This document shows, piece by piece, positions 1-13,995 of a DNA stretch of 64,000 bases. Origin of the DNA: Azolla caroliniana (Eukaryota > Plantae > Polypodiophyta); contig JBHGNT010000016.1 of NCBI GenBank assembly GCA_043228905.1, positions 18,290,001-18,354,000 on the forward strand. The letters are read 5' to 3'. How positions within the stretch are numbered: position 1 is the stretch's first letter; every line of letters starts with the position of its first letter. The notes beneath the pieces are model-generated. The model did no database searches, had not been told where the DNA came from, and was given only the letters and a program-made list of their open reading frames with translations. A program made the translations under genes and the position numbers.

Positions 1-815
1 TCTGATGACTTTCGACAAGTTGGGCTGATTGGCACGTTGCGGACAGGACAAGTGCAAGCCTGGTTTGCCCCTCTGGTGGAAACTTCTTCGTCTCTCTTGA
101 ATGACTTCCACGCATTTCTTACTGAATTTGAGGCAACTTTCGGGGAGACCGACAAACGACGAGCCGCACTCAACAAACTATATGCATTACAACAAGGAGA
201 ACGTGCAACATCAATCTATGCATCTAACTTTCGTTAGCTCGCGTGCGAGGTGGAGTGGGACGGACAAGCCCTCCTCGATTAGTTCCGTCGAGGATTACGA
301 GGTGAGATAAAAAAATCTTTTGCTTAACTTTCTTGAGCCCACATCTTTGAATGAGGCTATTTCCCAAGTTGTGCGCTGCGATAACCGTCTCTTTGAGTTC
401 TGGCAAGAGGTATGTCCTCACCAAATCCATCCACATTGGCCAGCCACTTCATCTTCATCGTCAACTCCCGCCATAGATTCTAGTTCCCCAATGGATATCG
501 ATCGAATTCGCTATCGACCATTGACTAACGTGCAACGACAACATCGTCGAGCCAACAATTTATGTCTCTATTGTGGCGGCCTTGACCATTTGATTCGTTC
601 TTGCCCAAAAAAGGGATCCCGTCGAACACCACATCATGTGGATGGGGTTAACATTTTCTGCCAACAGGAAAACTCCAATGTCCAGTTGTGGTAGGGTTGT
701 GCATCTGGACCACAAGAGTCGACAATTGTGTCAAGGGCACAATCAACCGACTTCCTCGACAACAAGCTTCACACTTCTGGTCACTCTTCAGTTTGGCTCT
801 AGCACTCATGTGCAA
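1..815 (+). mobile_element. Degenerate Ty3/gypsy (chromovirus/Tcn1-like) gag fragment
   Basis: Translation VGLIGTL..WFAPLVE..FGETD..AISQVVRCDNRLFE..PMDID..NLCLYCGGLDHLIRSC (CCHC knuckle) parallels the gag at 53791-54942. In-frame stops and a frameshift are present. Confidence 0.85.
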
Positions 816-3800
816 GGGGGGGGGGGGGGGGGGGGGGGGGTAAGAGGGGTAAGAGGGGAAGGACTTGGTGTTGACACATGTTGTGTCTAGCCGACTGTTA
901 TATGTAGAGTCAGTTGGTTGGTCGACATAGTCAACTATTGCGGAAGCAAATATGGATCTTGTTTAGGAATGGACAAACGTAGATTAAGCGTGAGGACGTG
1001 TGTCTTCTCCTTATCAACCTCAGAATGTATACACAAAGACAGATATATGGCAAAAAGTAAATCTATATTATCGTTCGTCACTTTGTACAAGAAGGAATTC
1101 CTCCTTGTTATACAAGAGGGAACTAAGCCCTAACTACAAGGAGTGTTCACACTAAGGTACAATGGTCGGAGTAGGACTTTTAGTCCAACACTTGGACCTA
1201 ATGGCTTAAAGTATATTGTTTAGATTTTAAGCCCTTTTTTCATTAATTTAACCGTGAGGATGTTCAAAAGGAGTCATCTCATTGCCTTTGCCAATGGTTT
1301 TTTGTTTTAGCTTCATGTAAGTTTTTCCTTTTGGTGATTATGGTTATTGTATTTCAACTAATTGGATAAGTTTAAATATAGTTTGGAAATTCTTTCTTTG
1401 TGAATTCTACATAGGAGTAACCTTATGTACCTTAGGGAACTCATGTAAATAATTAATGCCCTCATGTTATCATAACACCGACAATTCGATTAAAACGTTT
1501 TATACATATTATTTACATCCAAAAGGATGTGATATGAAGGGGATATTTACAAAACCAAATTGAAAAAGGATCTATGGAAGCCACCTGAATTTTATAGAAA
1601 TGGAGGATTATAAACAAGGCCTCGAATGCACATGATATGGAGACTTGTGGTGTAGATAAAGGGGATTTTTAGATATTTCAATTGAAAAAGGGTATATTAA
1701 AGACAAGGAAAAATTATAGAAAAAAGCAAGGCTAAAACTCAGCTCAAATTTATATGATGTGGAAGGTTTAATCTTACCCAAACCTCTATATTGTCCTTAA
1801 TTGAACTTCTGATGATCCCACTCCATACGACATAATCCTGACATGACTACCACATGGATTAGACTTAACATGCCACGTTGCTCATAAATTTTGATCGTCT
1901 TTGAATATTAAATTTCCACTTACATATATTTGCCATTTCTTTGTAACTTTGAAACCTATAGATTCCACACCCACTCACATGAGTGTGGTGTATTTTATTG
2001 GAGTTCAGTATACCAACTAATGAAAAGATCGATACAAAATTAACATTTTATTTCACTTTATTACAATGCTTTCTCTTTAATGGTGTATGCCAAGCACTTT
2101 TAAGGTTTGATTGAATAATGCCACCAAGGGATGCAGATCTTTAAATTGTGTACTACAATGCCATAACTGAGGATCCTATCATTTTAGAATAACATGGACA
2201 CATGGAATCCTAAAGCATTGCAATTAAAGACATTTACACATATTGGTATAGTGATTTTTAAAGCTCTCTAACATAAAGAACATGTCTCCAATATCATATT
2301 TCAAGGCATTGGGGAATGTTTCTACATTGCCATATGCTCACTCATCATGAATAATTCTACACAATGGTCTATATTCATGTGTAATAATAACATATTGAAT
2401 AACATGTAATCCATGTATCATGCAAGCATTACATGAAAATAAATTACACCCAAGCAAGTTTTTGGGTCTTAAATATTCCCATCTATACTCTTCGGATATC
2501 GACTCTACTGGTAACATGCATATGTCAATGAAACAACTTCATAATTCAATGAGTTCAATGAGCTACCAAGAAAATGAAAGCTACAATAAAACCTTTTGGA
2601 ATCTTGATATCTAGGAATCGGATCCAATTTGAACTTGGAAAAGAATATTCATAAAAGCCCATTACATTTGGTATTTGTAAGACAACAAATTTCTCAAAAG
2701 TTGTGATATTGGCCAAGCAAGCACTCGAGAACATGCTTTTTGAAATATTCTCTACTATATGCTAGTTAATAACATATATATTGACGCAACCTCTTTTTTG
2801 GAAAAAAAAAACATATATATTGTTTAACTTTAGTTTGATACCTTCTTCTTTTTTACTATTAACATAATAAAGATCTTGATACCATGTGGATCATATCCAA
2901 ATTAGGTATCTTGCAAGTGGACATGATATTATGTGTATGTACTTATGGATCTTGTTTATATATTCACTAACTCTGTTACAAGCATTATGATATCAAAATG
3001 AAAAGGCGCATGTTACGAAGGTTCAAACTCCAATTTAGTCCTAAATTCCAAAGGCACTTCTACACACACACATGGATGGATGGATAGATTTTCGGCACAA
3101 TATGTGTTGACTTGTGTAGCGACTCTTGATATTCATGAATTTTATTAAAGAATCTCGCAATCAAGAATTCACATTGTGATAGTGGGAGGGATATGTGCAA
3201 GGAGTGAACTAGATCGACAATATGTCGAAAGATATCAATGACCAAACTAATTCTTAATTAACTATAATTCTCCAAAGGCATTATCAAAATGTCCAAGGTT
3301 GATCCTTTCAGGGTAATGAAATCGGTCATTGAGTATGATCGATAATGAGAACAAACCCTACATGATCCAAAACTTTGAAGACTCTTTACTTATAGCAGGC
3401 CCAAAGCACAATGAAAATAGTTGAGGTGGCAAGATAGAAATGATTTGTGCATAACCAATATGACTCATAAACAAGGTAAATGCTCAAAACTAATTGCAAA
3501 ACCATAAACATTAATTCAGGCACTAACTTACATTGTGTCAATACAATTACCTTTAGTAAACACTAAATCATGGTGTTGTAGAGACGATCTACATATTACA
3601 CATTCAAATATTCTTCACATGCCACCTTGCAAACCATTTCCCAATGTTTTGGACCCCCATAGATGAACGAAATTTGGGCTTTGTGGTTTTCTAATGGAAA
3701 GCATCAAACTTCCTATGTAGCCATCCATTCACACATGATACATCCATGATCATGGATGACCCACCCACCCAAAAGCTTCAAAGTCAATCTTTTTGCTAAT

Positions 3801-5224
3801 AACTCATCCATATTACATAATAAGTTGGAATTGGAGCATAGTAACTACGTGGACCAATACTTACATTAAACATATTAAAGAACTCGTCCAACTACATAGT
3901 ATCGCTCTTTATATTTAAAAATGAATATTTGAATAGTAATGCCGAAAGATACCAAAGCTTCCAAGACAATCTTGATAACTACTAAATTTCAATGATTTGT
4001 TATTAACAATTAATTACCACTATATTATTATTGGTTTCTAATTATTAAATATGGTTTGTGTAAAATATGGATTCTCATGAGATGATTGCAATAAAGGGGA
4101 TGAATTAGCCATATACTTGTTCAAACACCATGTAGAAGTGTTCCAACGGAATTGGTGAATCATGATCACTTATGGTTATAATGGTCAACACAAAAAACTT
4201 TAGTTGGATGCCCATTATCAAACGCAAGTGTTTTGCCAAGTTTAGGGACTTGCAATAAAATATAAAAGCATGTGGATTGAACCTTGTGTTTGGCTACAAG
4301 TATTTGCTTTCCTAACAATGTAGAAAAAAGGGGCGAAGATACTTAATTGGAACTTGCTTTCAATAGAAAAACTCATATGTTTTCTTTTTGAATAATTAAG
4401 AAAGCTAAACTTGTGAGAAACCTTGTCTATCTCATGCGTGGCCCATGAATGGTTCATGGACCCTAGACCATAAATACTTTTTAAGTCTCACCTCCCAAAT
4501 TTAGAATACATTATTCCTTACCACCATAAGGTAAGTACGATGGAAACTGTTTATGTTCATATCCATTTATCAACAATATCTAGAGAACTCGAAGATGATG
4601 ATTTTTTAATGTCTTCAGAAGAATGGGTAGAATTATGGCTTATGTCTCCTTTGCTAGCATAGAGGCTACACCCGTATTTCCCTCATGTATTTTCTTAATA
4701 CTAATACTTTACTAACGTACACAACATAGATATTTCCCTAGGAGGGCATGTGTTAGGTTGGTTTTCCATGTGGTAAATGATCATGGGAAACATTAAAGGG
4801 TAATCATGAAGGTCTCGTATCATGGTGAGATGCTCTGCATAATAGATCTCATAATTACGTTAACTCTAGTCAATCCTCTTTAAGCTCAATTATGAATTTC
4901 AAGATCATGACTATGAGGACTCATGTTAAATGGCATGGTGATGGAAATATGTAGTTGGGTGCATCACATCATTTTCTAGAATGTACGGTAATGTATTTAT
5001 TGGGTGTATGTAATGTTGTAGTGTTGCAAGTTTTTATTCATGACATTCTCTATCAACTAGTCATTCATCTAATGCAATTGGGAGAATTAGGCTAGAGGAC
5101 ATTCAGGAACATTCTAGATGAAAGTGCAATTATATTTTATTAATGCATACATGGTAACTAAGCAACACAAGAGATGAGTTCATATTGTACTACCATCCCC
5201 TTCACTAGTGATTGGGTTTTGGAA

Positions 5225-6850
5225 CCCCACCTCATCAAGAAGGACGATGGCACTTTCCGCCTCTACATCGACTTCAAGCCACTAAACAAAGTGATAATCC
5301 ATGATCTCTACCCGCTCTCTTGAGTGGATGACCTCTTGGATTAGCTGAGTGCATCCTGTTATTTCACCTCCCTTGACTTGGCCTCGGGATACTGGTAGAT
5401 CCCTCTGAAGCCTTCCAACGCCTACAAAACTACATTCGGTACACACCGTGGGATGTTCTAGTTCACCCACGCGTCATTCGGCACGTCTGATGCCATGTCA
5501 GCAACACATTCCAACATATGGCCAACCTCATCAGCAAAGGTATCATCCTCTATCTTGACGACATCCTTATCCACCTTACAAACACTCATTGAAGTACTCA
5601 TACGAATAACTCAACATAACTTGCAACTCCAATAGAAGAAGTGTCGATGGGGATGCACCAACCAACGTTTTCTCGGCTACATCGTCTTTGGTGAAGGAAT
5701 CTGTATGGAGCCTGCTAAGGTAGCTATCATCACCGACTACTCTCGCCGCACTTGGTAAAAGCACAACAAAGTTTTTTGGGCATGATCACCTTTTCCTTTC
5801 GATTCATCTCAAACCTCGCCTTTGTCACTTCCCACTCCGCCAACTATTGAAGAAAGGTGCGACGTTCATTTGGGATCCTTCTTGTGAAGACAACATTCAT
5901 CGCCTCAAAACACTCGTCTAGGAATCAGGTTTGCTCACCCATCCTAACTTTGACCAAACATTCAAGCTACAGAAAAATGCCTTATACCAAGGGTTAGCAA
6001 CTGTGCTCTTGCAAGTCGATCCCGATGGTCAAGAAAAAGGCAATCAGTCGCCTTCATCAACAAAGCACTAACTACGGTTAAACGCAACTACTCAACCATT
6101 GAGAAGGCACTACTTGCAATCGTTTGGTCCTTTTAACGTTTTCACCCATGCCTTCACGATGAACAACTTACGGTTGAGACTGACCATGCGCCCTTGCTTT
6201 CTCTTATCCATAGGCCTCACCCCCCGTGTCCACTTGTTACAGTGATGGACACTAGCACTCCAAGTTAATCAATTTACCCTCTCTTATCGGAAAGATATAA
6301 CTAATTTGGTCGTTGATAAGCTCTTTCGCATTGACATCTAGGTTGTCCAATTTGTCCCCGAGCCATCTAGTCTTCCATTGCCACTGCCAACACACTTAAG
6401 CAACATGGCCTACCCATCCAAGATATAACCCAATAGTTGTACTCCCTCCACATATTTTCCCCACAACAAAGGTTCATGCTCCGTGACAACTTGGTTTTAT
6501 TCATTCAGGAGCACCACGAGCCCCACCTCTACATCCCCCATGCCTTACAATGAAAGTACCTCCAATTTTAACATGCCCACCCATTGTCAGGCCATCTGCA
6601 TTTCCACAAGGTTCTTGAAAAACTATGAATCATGTATTACTGGCCCAACACACGACACTTTGTCTCTACCTACATCAAATAGTGCAACTTGTGTCAACAC
6701 ATCAAACCAGCATGCAAGCTCATTGGAACGCTCCAACCCATTATCGTCACATCACTCTTCGAGCTCATCGAATGGGATGTCATGGGACCCTTTTTATAAC
6801 TTGTAGGGCAACAAGTATATCTTGGTCTTAACCCAATACCACACATCTCC
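5225..6850 (+). pseudogene. Degenerate Ty3/gypsy pol (RT-RNaseH-integrase N-terminus)
   Basis: Manual translation gives KKDDGTFRLYIDFKPLNKV, FTSLDLASGYW, ILYLDDILI (about 5545), KRNYSTIEKALLAIVW, HAHPLSGHLH. Many stops and frameshifts. Confidence 0.85.
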
Positions 6851-7499
6851 ACTAGAAAGGATCAAAAGTAGTCTGTCTTGCCACTTCCTTCCTGCTTAAT
6901 TTATAGTTTATACAAAGATACCCTTTTGGATGGGTTTGGCTACCAACTAGTTAATGCATACATGCATGAAGGCCTACACTTGCTAAAAGGGTGGCACAAA
7001 GGTACACCACAATATGTGTGATTTTTATATGGCTGTCACACCATCCCCATCGTACAATGGTGACAAAAAACCTAGAGTTAGAGAACTTCAACCTAGTTTA
7101 TTTGGACAACCTTTTGTGAAACTCGTCAACTATCATGAACTTTAACCAAATTCTTGACAAGATAATAAGTGTGATCATTGGGAAAGTATGCTTCCCATTT
7201 GATGTAGTAATACAAATATTAACACATGTCTAGGGTCGAAATCCTCTTGAATATGGAATTCTTTAGGACCATCAACCTCGACTAAAGGAGGTGGCGAAGG
7301 ATGAAGTCGATTTGGAAAATACTAGTTATATGGTCCAACAAAAAACATGTGCAAGCATAATGTTGATGGAAGAAACTCAAGGCAATGATTTCATAAAAAC
7401 CAAGGTGACAATAAGAAATATTTTCCAAGGATGAATCATGCGCTGATATCTTAAAAGAAACCCTACAAGTTCTTGTTAATGATGTGTCTACATGATCTC

Positions 7500-8800
7500 G
7501 ATATTGTGTTTAATATTGGATGAGATGATGTTGGAGCTCTCATTGGAGGTCACAAAGTTCGTCAAGCTACATTTTCTATTCATATCATCATATATTGAAA
7601 CATAGAAGGGCCATTAATTAATGATAATAAACCATAATTGGCAAAGAATGATTAGTAGCCATTTGAGTCATGCACTTGGTTATCATAAACAAACTCAACT
7701 AATAAAACAAATAAAACATTTTAGATATTTCTCCAATGTCTAATTAGCATGTTTTGCCTATCCACACCTTTCTCAGTGATGGGTAGCCTAAGTTACAGAG
7801 GTCTCCACATGTAGAAGCTCTTGGGACTTATGTAGAACATGTTGCACTCAACTCAGCTCTCATGTTCCTAAAGAGTTTTAGAATAAACAAGAATTCATCC
7901 ATATAGATGATTCGTTAAATATCCGAAACCTTTTGGGAAACATCACAAGACAATTGATGGAAAATGACAGGAATATTGGTAACCATGAAAGACATACTTA
8001 TGCACTCAACTACTCATAATAAGAACAAATATTGTCTTCTATTCCTCATCTTCATGGAACCAAAATTAGGTTGTGCACATCACAATGATTGAGAATGAAA
8101 GAATGAAACCGATGACTAAGTTATTCTTGACATAATCTCCCAAAACCTTCCAATTCAATAAATAATAAGCCATACATGAGATCATATGTCAACATAATTG
8201 ACAAGCTTGAATTTGAAACTCACTTTCACCTTGAACAGGCCAAAACCCACTTTTCATGTGTTGCTAGTTTGTATGAGATCATCTGCATACAACAAGAGGA
8301 ACATTACTCTCTTATCTTCAATTTTCATGTGGAGGATAATCTTTGTTGGAAAAACCTCCTAGATGTAACTTTCGTGAGAAATTTGTCAATCCACTAAATA
8401 TAGTATGCTATTGCTGCATGATTTAACCCATACGAGCTCCCCAAAACCTGAAAACCTCTTGTTCCGAATGGGATTGCCCAACACCTTATGATTGCTTCTT
8501 TCAATACCCTTTGGTTGGCAATCTTGCTTTCATATGTGTGCATGGATGCATCAACCTTGTACGTCATCTTCCAAACCCGCATCATTCTAATCGCCTTCTT
8601 GTTTCGTCTATCAAGTAGGCTCCATGTACAATCATTTGAAATACTTTTCATTTCAAACTACAAAATCCACGTCCACATCTACTTCACCGAACTGCTCCAC
8701 TTCTCATTCTCTTCAAGCACGTGTGTCAACAATCCGAGGTTTTACAAGTTACTCGACCCATCAGTGCTTTTTGCTTCTATTCTCGTCAATAGTCTCAAAA
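7500..8800 (-). mobile_element. Highly degenerate Ty1/copia RT remnant
   Basis: ORF 8394-8651 MKSISNDCTWSLLD..KKAI..VWKMTYKVDAS..YESKIA resembles the copia RT N-terminus (EM.SI..N.TW.LV..KKAI..KWV.K.K..DG...YKARLVA). Boundaries approximate. Confidence 0.55.
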
Positions 8801-9109
8801 TGACAAGGTCATATCATACGTAACCTTCTTTGATCAATGATCAATCACGGGATGAGCCACGTGTTGAAGAGTGGCCCATGGATTCAAGACATGTCCATCA
8901 TACCTTCTGGCATAGAAACCTTTCCGGTTTCGGGAGACCTGACAGGACAAAATCCGATCGACCCGACCGATCAACTGACAGGGCATCATCAAGATTTACC
9001 GCAGCTTTGTGAATCGAGAGCATCCAGAAGGACGGACGGCGGCGACGACACCAACGATAGCGACGGGCGGCAACTATGTATGTACTCCAAAGAAGCTTCT
9101 TGTAAGGTC

Positions 9110-9110
<1 letters not shown>

Positions 9111-9148
<38 letters not shown>

Positions 9149-9224
9149 AGATTCTTAAGTTTGGAATATTCTGTGGAATGTTCTTTTGAGAGAGAAGAGG
9201 CAGCCCCCATGCCATCCATGTTCT

Positions 9225-9257
<33 letters not shown>
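9111..9257. repeat. Two (AG)n microsatellites
   Basis: AG runs at about 9111-9146 and 9229-9257, upstream of the phosphatase gene (GAGA-type tracts). Confidence 0.9.
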
Positions 9258-9259
<2 letters not shown>

Positions 9260-9879
9260 AAAATTGGCAGAGGCAGAGAGATGTGAAGTAGCTACTGGTA
9301 GAAGAAGATTTAAAGAACAGGAGAGAAGAGTGTTTTGGGTTTGATCATTGATTGACCTTTTGAGAATGTCCATAGCTTCCTCCCCCTTCTCATCTCTTAT
9401 GCATTTGGGAATGGCCATTGCCATGGTTATGCCTGCTTCTTCTTGTTGATGTTTCTACCCAATTCGCCTTCCAAAGCTCTGATTGCATCTCTCTGGGCGG
9501 TTTTTTTTTTTTGTTTTTTTGGTTTGTTTTTTTGTTCTGTGAACTTGAGTTGCATCTGAGGAGATATATAGCATTTCGAGAAAAACAATGAGTGCCGTAC
9601 AGGACCTTCACGCTCAACATAGTTCCAACAAGAATGATGATGGTGATGGTGATTTTGACGTCAATGATCATCATGTGCACCCCTCTGAGGTAGCTATGGC
9701 AGGTATGAAGCTTCTTCTGACTAATAATTGACCATGTTCTCTTCCTCATGAAGATGGGCGATAGTGATGGCGGCGGCGGTGGCAATCGCGATGGTAGCGT
9801 TGGTGGTGTGATATTGATGGTGAACTGTGAATATGATTATGGCAGAGATGATCATGGTGTGATGTTGATGGTGTTGACC

Positions 9880-10828
<949 letters not shown>

Positions 10829-12719
10829 TAAGTGGACTTTCTTCATTTAGGGTTAGAAGTAGGGTTCTTAGAATGCTCCTTTGTATTCATTTTATGCTTT
10901 TCCGGCCAATGGTGATGGTTTTCCCATATGCTCGCATCATATGCATATGTTTGGGTGCTAATCAGCCTGTTCATGCATGAAATAATAGGAAATTATGAAA
11001 ATTCTACAAAATTATAGTGTTTTAATAGAAAGAAATATTTACTTGTCTGAACTTGATAATCAACAAGCTCAAAAATTCAACTTGTGTTTTAAGGAACAAG
11101 GGCATCTTCTTCCTCAACAACACATTCATCTACTACTATCAATGTTAGTCAGCACTTAATCATGAACCTTCACAACCTTGTGCCTATTCATTCAATCCAT
11201 GGATAGAAATAATTTTTCTTGGATTTCGGATGCATTTCTATGGCATACCGCAACAGATGGGAGTAACATTTATTTGCTCTCTCCATCGATTGGCTCGGGG
11301 AATGTTCCATTAACCATAAAATGGGAATATTCAGATTGGAATTTGATTCCCAAATTTACATCACTTGAGGATTTACTGAATAGGAATTATTTGGAATCTG
11401 AATATGACTCCGTGATGTCTTATTACTAGGTCTACAGAACTTTAGGCTTTAATAATGCATTTATTTTCTTACAAGTTGAGATCGTATCCATTTTTGGTAA
11501 GGTTGTGTATAATTGTGTCATGTATCCAGAAATTTCTCATAGTTCTGGTTTCTATATCATCACCACCAATTTGGATCAGATTTTCCCAACCAATATTTAG
11601 TCTCAATCTAGCGAGTGTTCCTTTTCGGTAAGGTTATATTTAATTGTGGTATTTATATAGAAACTTCTAGTTTTGGTTTCTGTATCATCGCAACCCATTT
11701 GGTTCAGATTTTTCCAACTGACATTTAGTCCTAGTCTAGCAAGTGTCCTAAGGACCCGTTTTCATGTGTGCCTTTAGACCATTAGACAGCATCAGGGCAT
11801 GATTGGATGGTTGGCGAAGTCTCAGTTTTGTATCAAAACTCAGACATTAATGGCTATTGGATTGGATGAGTATTCCTTGGAGGAAATTTCCCGAGTTGCT
11901 CATATCCATTGCAACTGAAAAGATTCTACATTATGCGACATTCTCTTCAATTCTACAATCACCATCCCTAGGAGGTATCTCTCCTCTATCTGGTTTTTTT
12001 GGCTTAACTCTTTTTTTTCTTCTCCACAACTGTTCTTGCATGATGAATAGAAGCAGCACTCATCACAAACTTTATTTGTTTTTCTCTGCACTAAAAGTTA
12101 ATAAATATTCTTGTAAATTATTAGCTATGTGAAAATCTTAATGCACTCTTATTTTTCACACGAGAATACTTTGTCCACTAGAGTACTTGACGCACCTTAT
12201 GATGCATCTTTATCTCATGTAAGAAAAAATCTACTCATTTGTAATAGTTCATGATGACCATGCTATCACTGTTGATTGCTATTACTTAAAGATTCACACT
12301 ATTCATAGTGGACATGGGAGTAGTCTCTACTTTTCAAAGTTCTACCAACAATAGCCATTGACTAGGGAATGGTACATCTTGCCTTTCTATGAATTGATAG
12401 TCATTGCGATCCTTATTATGTTTGTGCGTGCTAGGAATCTCTACTCTCCACTACACTATCAATGGCCATATTTTAGGCAATTGTATGCACACCCTGTCCT
12501 TTTACAGAGGCATACACATGAAAGAACTAAAAGGGGAAACATGTGGACAATTATGGTGACTTAATTTTTATGGACTAGTCTATGCATTGTCAGAACTTAT
12601 ATCAGTAATCAAATACCAAGAAGATGATGTGTTATGTTTCTCTTTCACACATGCATCCCTTCATTACAATTGAAGATGTACACTTTGAGTTTAAGAAATT
12701 TGTTTCTTAAAATGCAAGA

Positions 12720-13995
12720 GATCTTCAATGCATAAAAGGTTGAAATGCTCAAATGGATGGGAAAAGAAGCACATGCATGGATGAGCAATATCTTTAGTTA
12801 CGTATTGCAACATAACATGTCCTGTGATTGGATCAAACCTTTACATAAAGATGGTGATGTAAATAATGTAAACAATTATCAATTTATCATGGTCATATCA
12901 CTTATAAATGCTCAAATGGATGGGAAAAGAAGCACATGCATGGATGAACAATATCGTTAGTTATGTATTGCAACATGACATGTCTTGTGATTGGATCAAA
13001 CCTTTACATAAAGGTGGAGATGTAAATAATGTAAACAATTATCAAGCTATCATGGTTGTGTCACTTCTAACAACTGTTTGGATTTATAATGGAATCAAAG
13101 ATAAGTGCATAGGTCGAAAAGGTAGTAAGAGAGCTTATGAACAACAAGCTTTCCAAAAACCATAGCCACCTTGTCACCTTGAGTACTAATGGAAAAAAGT
13201 CTCTTGAGAGGCAAGGGCTAATATTGTTGTTTCGTACGCTTCAAGAAAGCTTTTGATATAGTTATTCCTAAGCATCTTTGGTGGTACTTGGTGTGCCAAG
13301 TGAATATATGCTTGCAATTTCTGAATCTATGAGAAAGTTATATGTTGTGTGCATATGGGCAATATAATTTCAGATTTTTCAATAGTACTACTATTGGTTA
13401 TTTTAAGGATGCCCACTCTCACCAGGAATGTAGCCCTCATGCTTTTGATGTATGAAGATGATGTCATGCTATTTGCAAGGACTTTAGGAGAGACTAAAGG
13501 TCGTTAGGGAAAATTGCGTTCACCAATACATATTTGTGCCCATGCCGTTATGTACCATCCAAACCGTTGTTTCTATATGACTTATTGCACAATCACTATG
13601 ATGTGAGGTAGGGTGTTGGGGCACAAGTGATGAGAGTAGTTGTCATATGACATGGGAGGTTGGAGATTCGATTCTTGTCCGTGACAGTAGTCGACTATGC
13701 ACACTTTGCTTGAATCAAGTTTGAGAGTCTTAGTGTCACATTTTCATACAATGCTTTGCCTTTGATCACATTCAACTATGCATTCCACACATCTTTGATC
13801 AAACCCAATCCTTGCATGCATTTCTCTCACAATCACAATGTGCACTCTCAATTGCGAAATTCATTAGTAAAGTTCTTGAACATCGAGAGTTGCCAATCAC
13901 TTTCACATGTTGTGTGAAAATGATATATTTTTGGTCCCATAGCTCATATTTGACATCCGAGGACGATAACAAAATCAATCAATCTATCTATCTCC
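12720..13995 (+). mobile_element. Degenerate 5'-truncated non-LTR retrotransposon (RTEX-like LINE) in phosphatase intron
   Basis: WIKPLHKGGDVNNVNNY (present twice, about 163-bp tandem duplication), RT remnants, and a 3' end ...gacatccgaggacgataac..(CAAT/CTAT)n matching the copy at 26918-28802. Confidence 0.85.

Noticed and set aside
660-720. Possible GGAAAAC -1 frameshift plus GTCCAG/CTGGAC hairpin at the end of the first gag
   Set aside because: The -1 frame does not lead into the protease-like frame in this decayed copy, so it cannot be supported.
2000-4700. Faint hAT-transposase-like words (RWN on minus near 4140; dimerisation-like segment near 2650-2730)
   Set aside because: Too degenerate and on inconsistent strands; needs a tBLASTn/HMM search.
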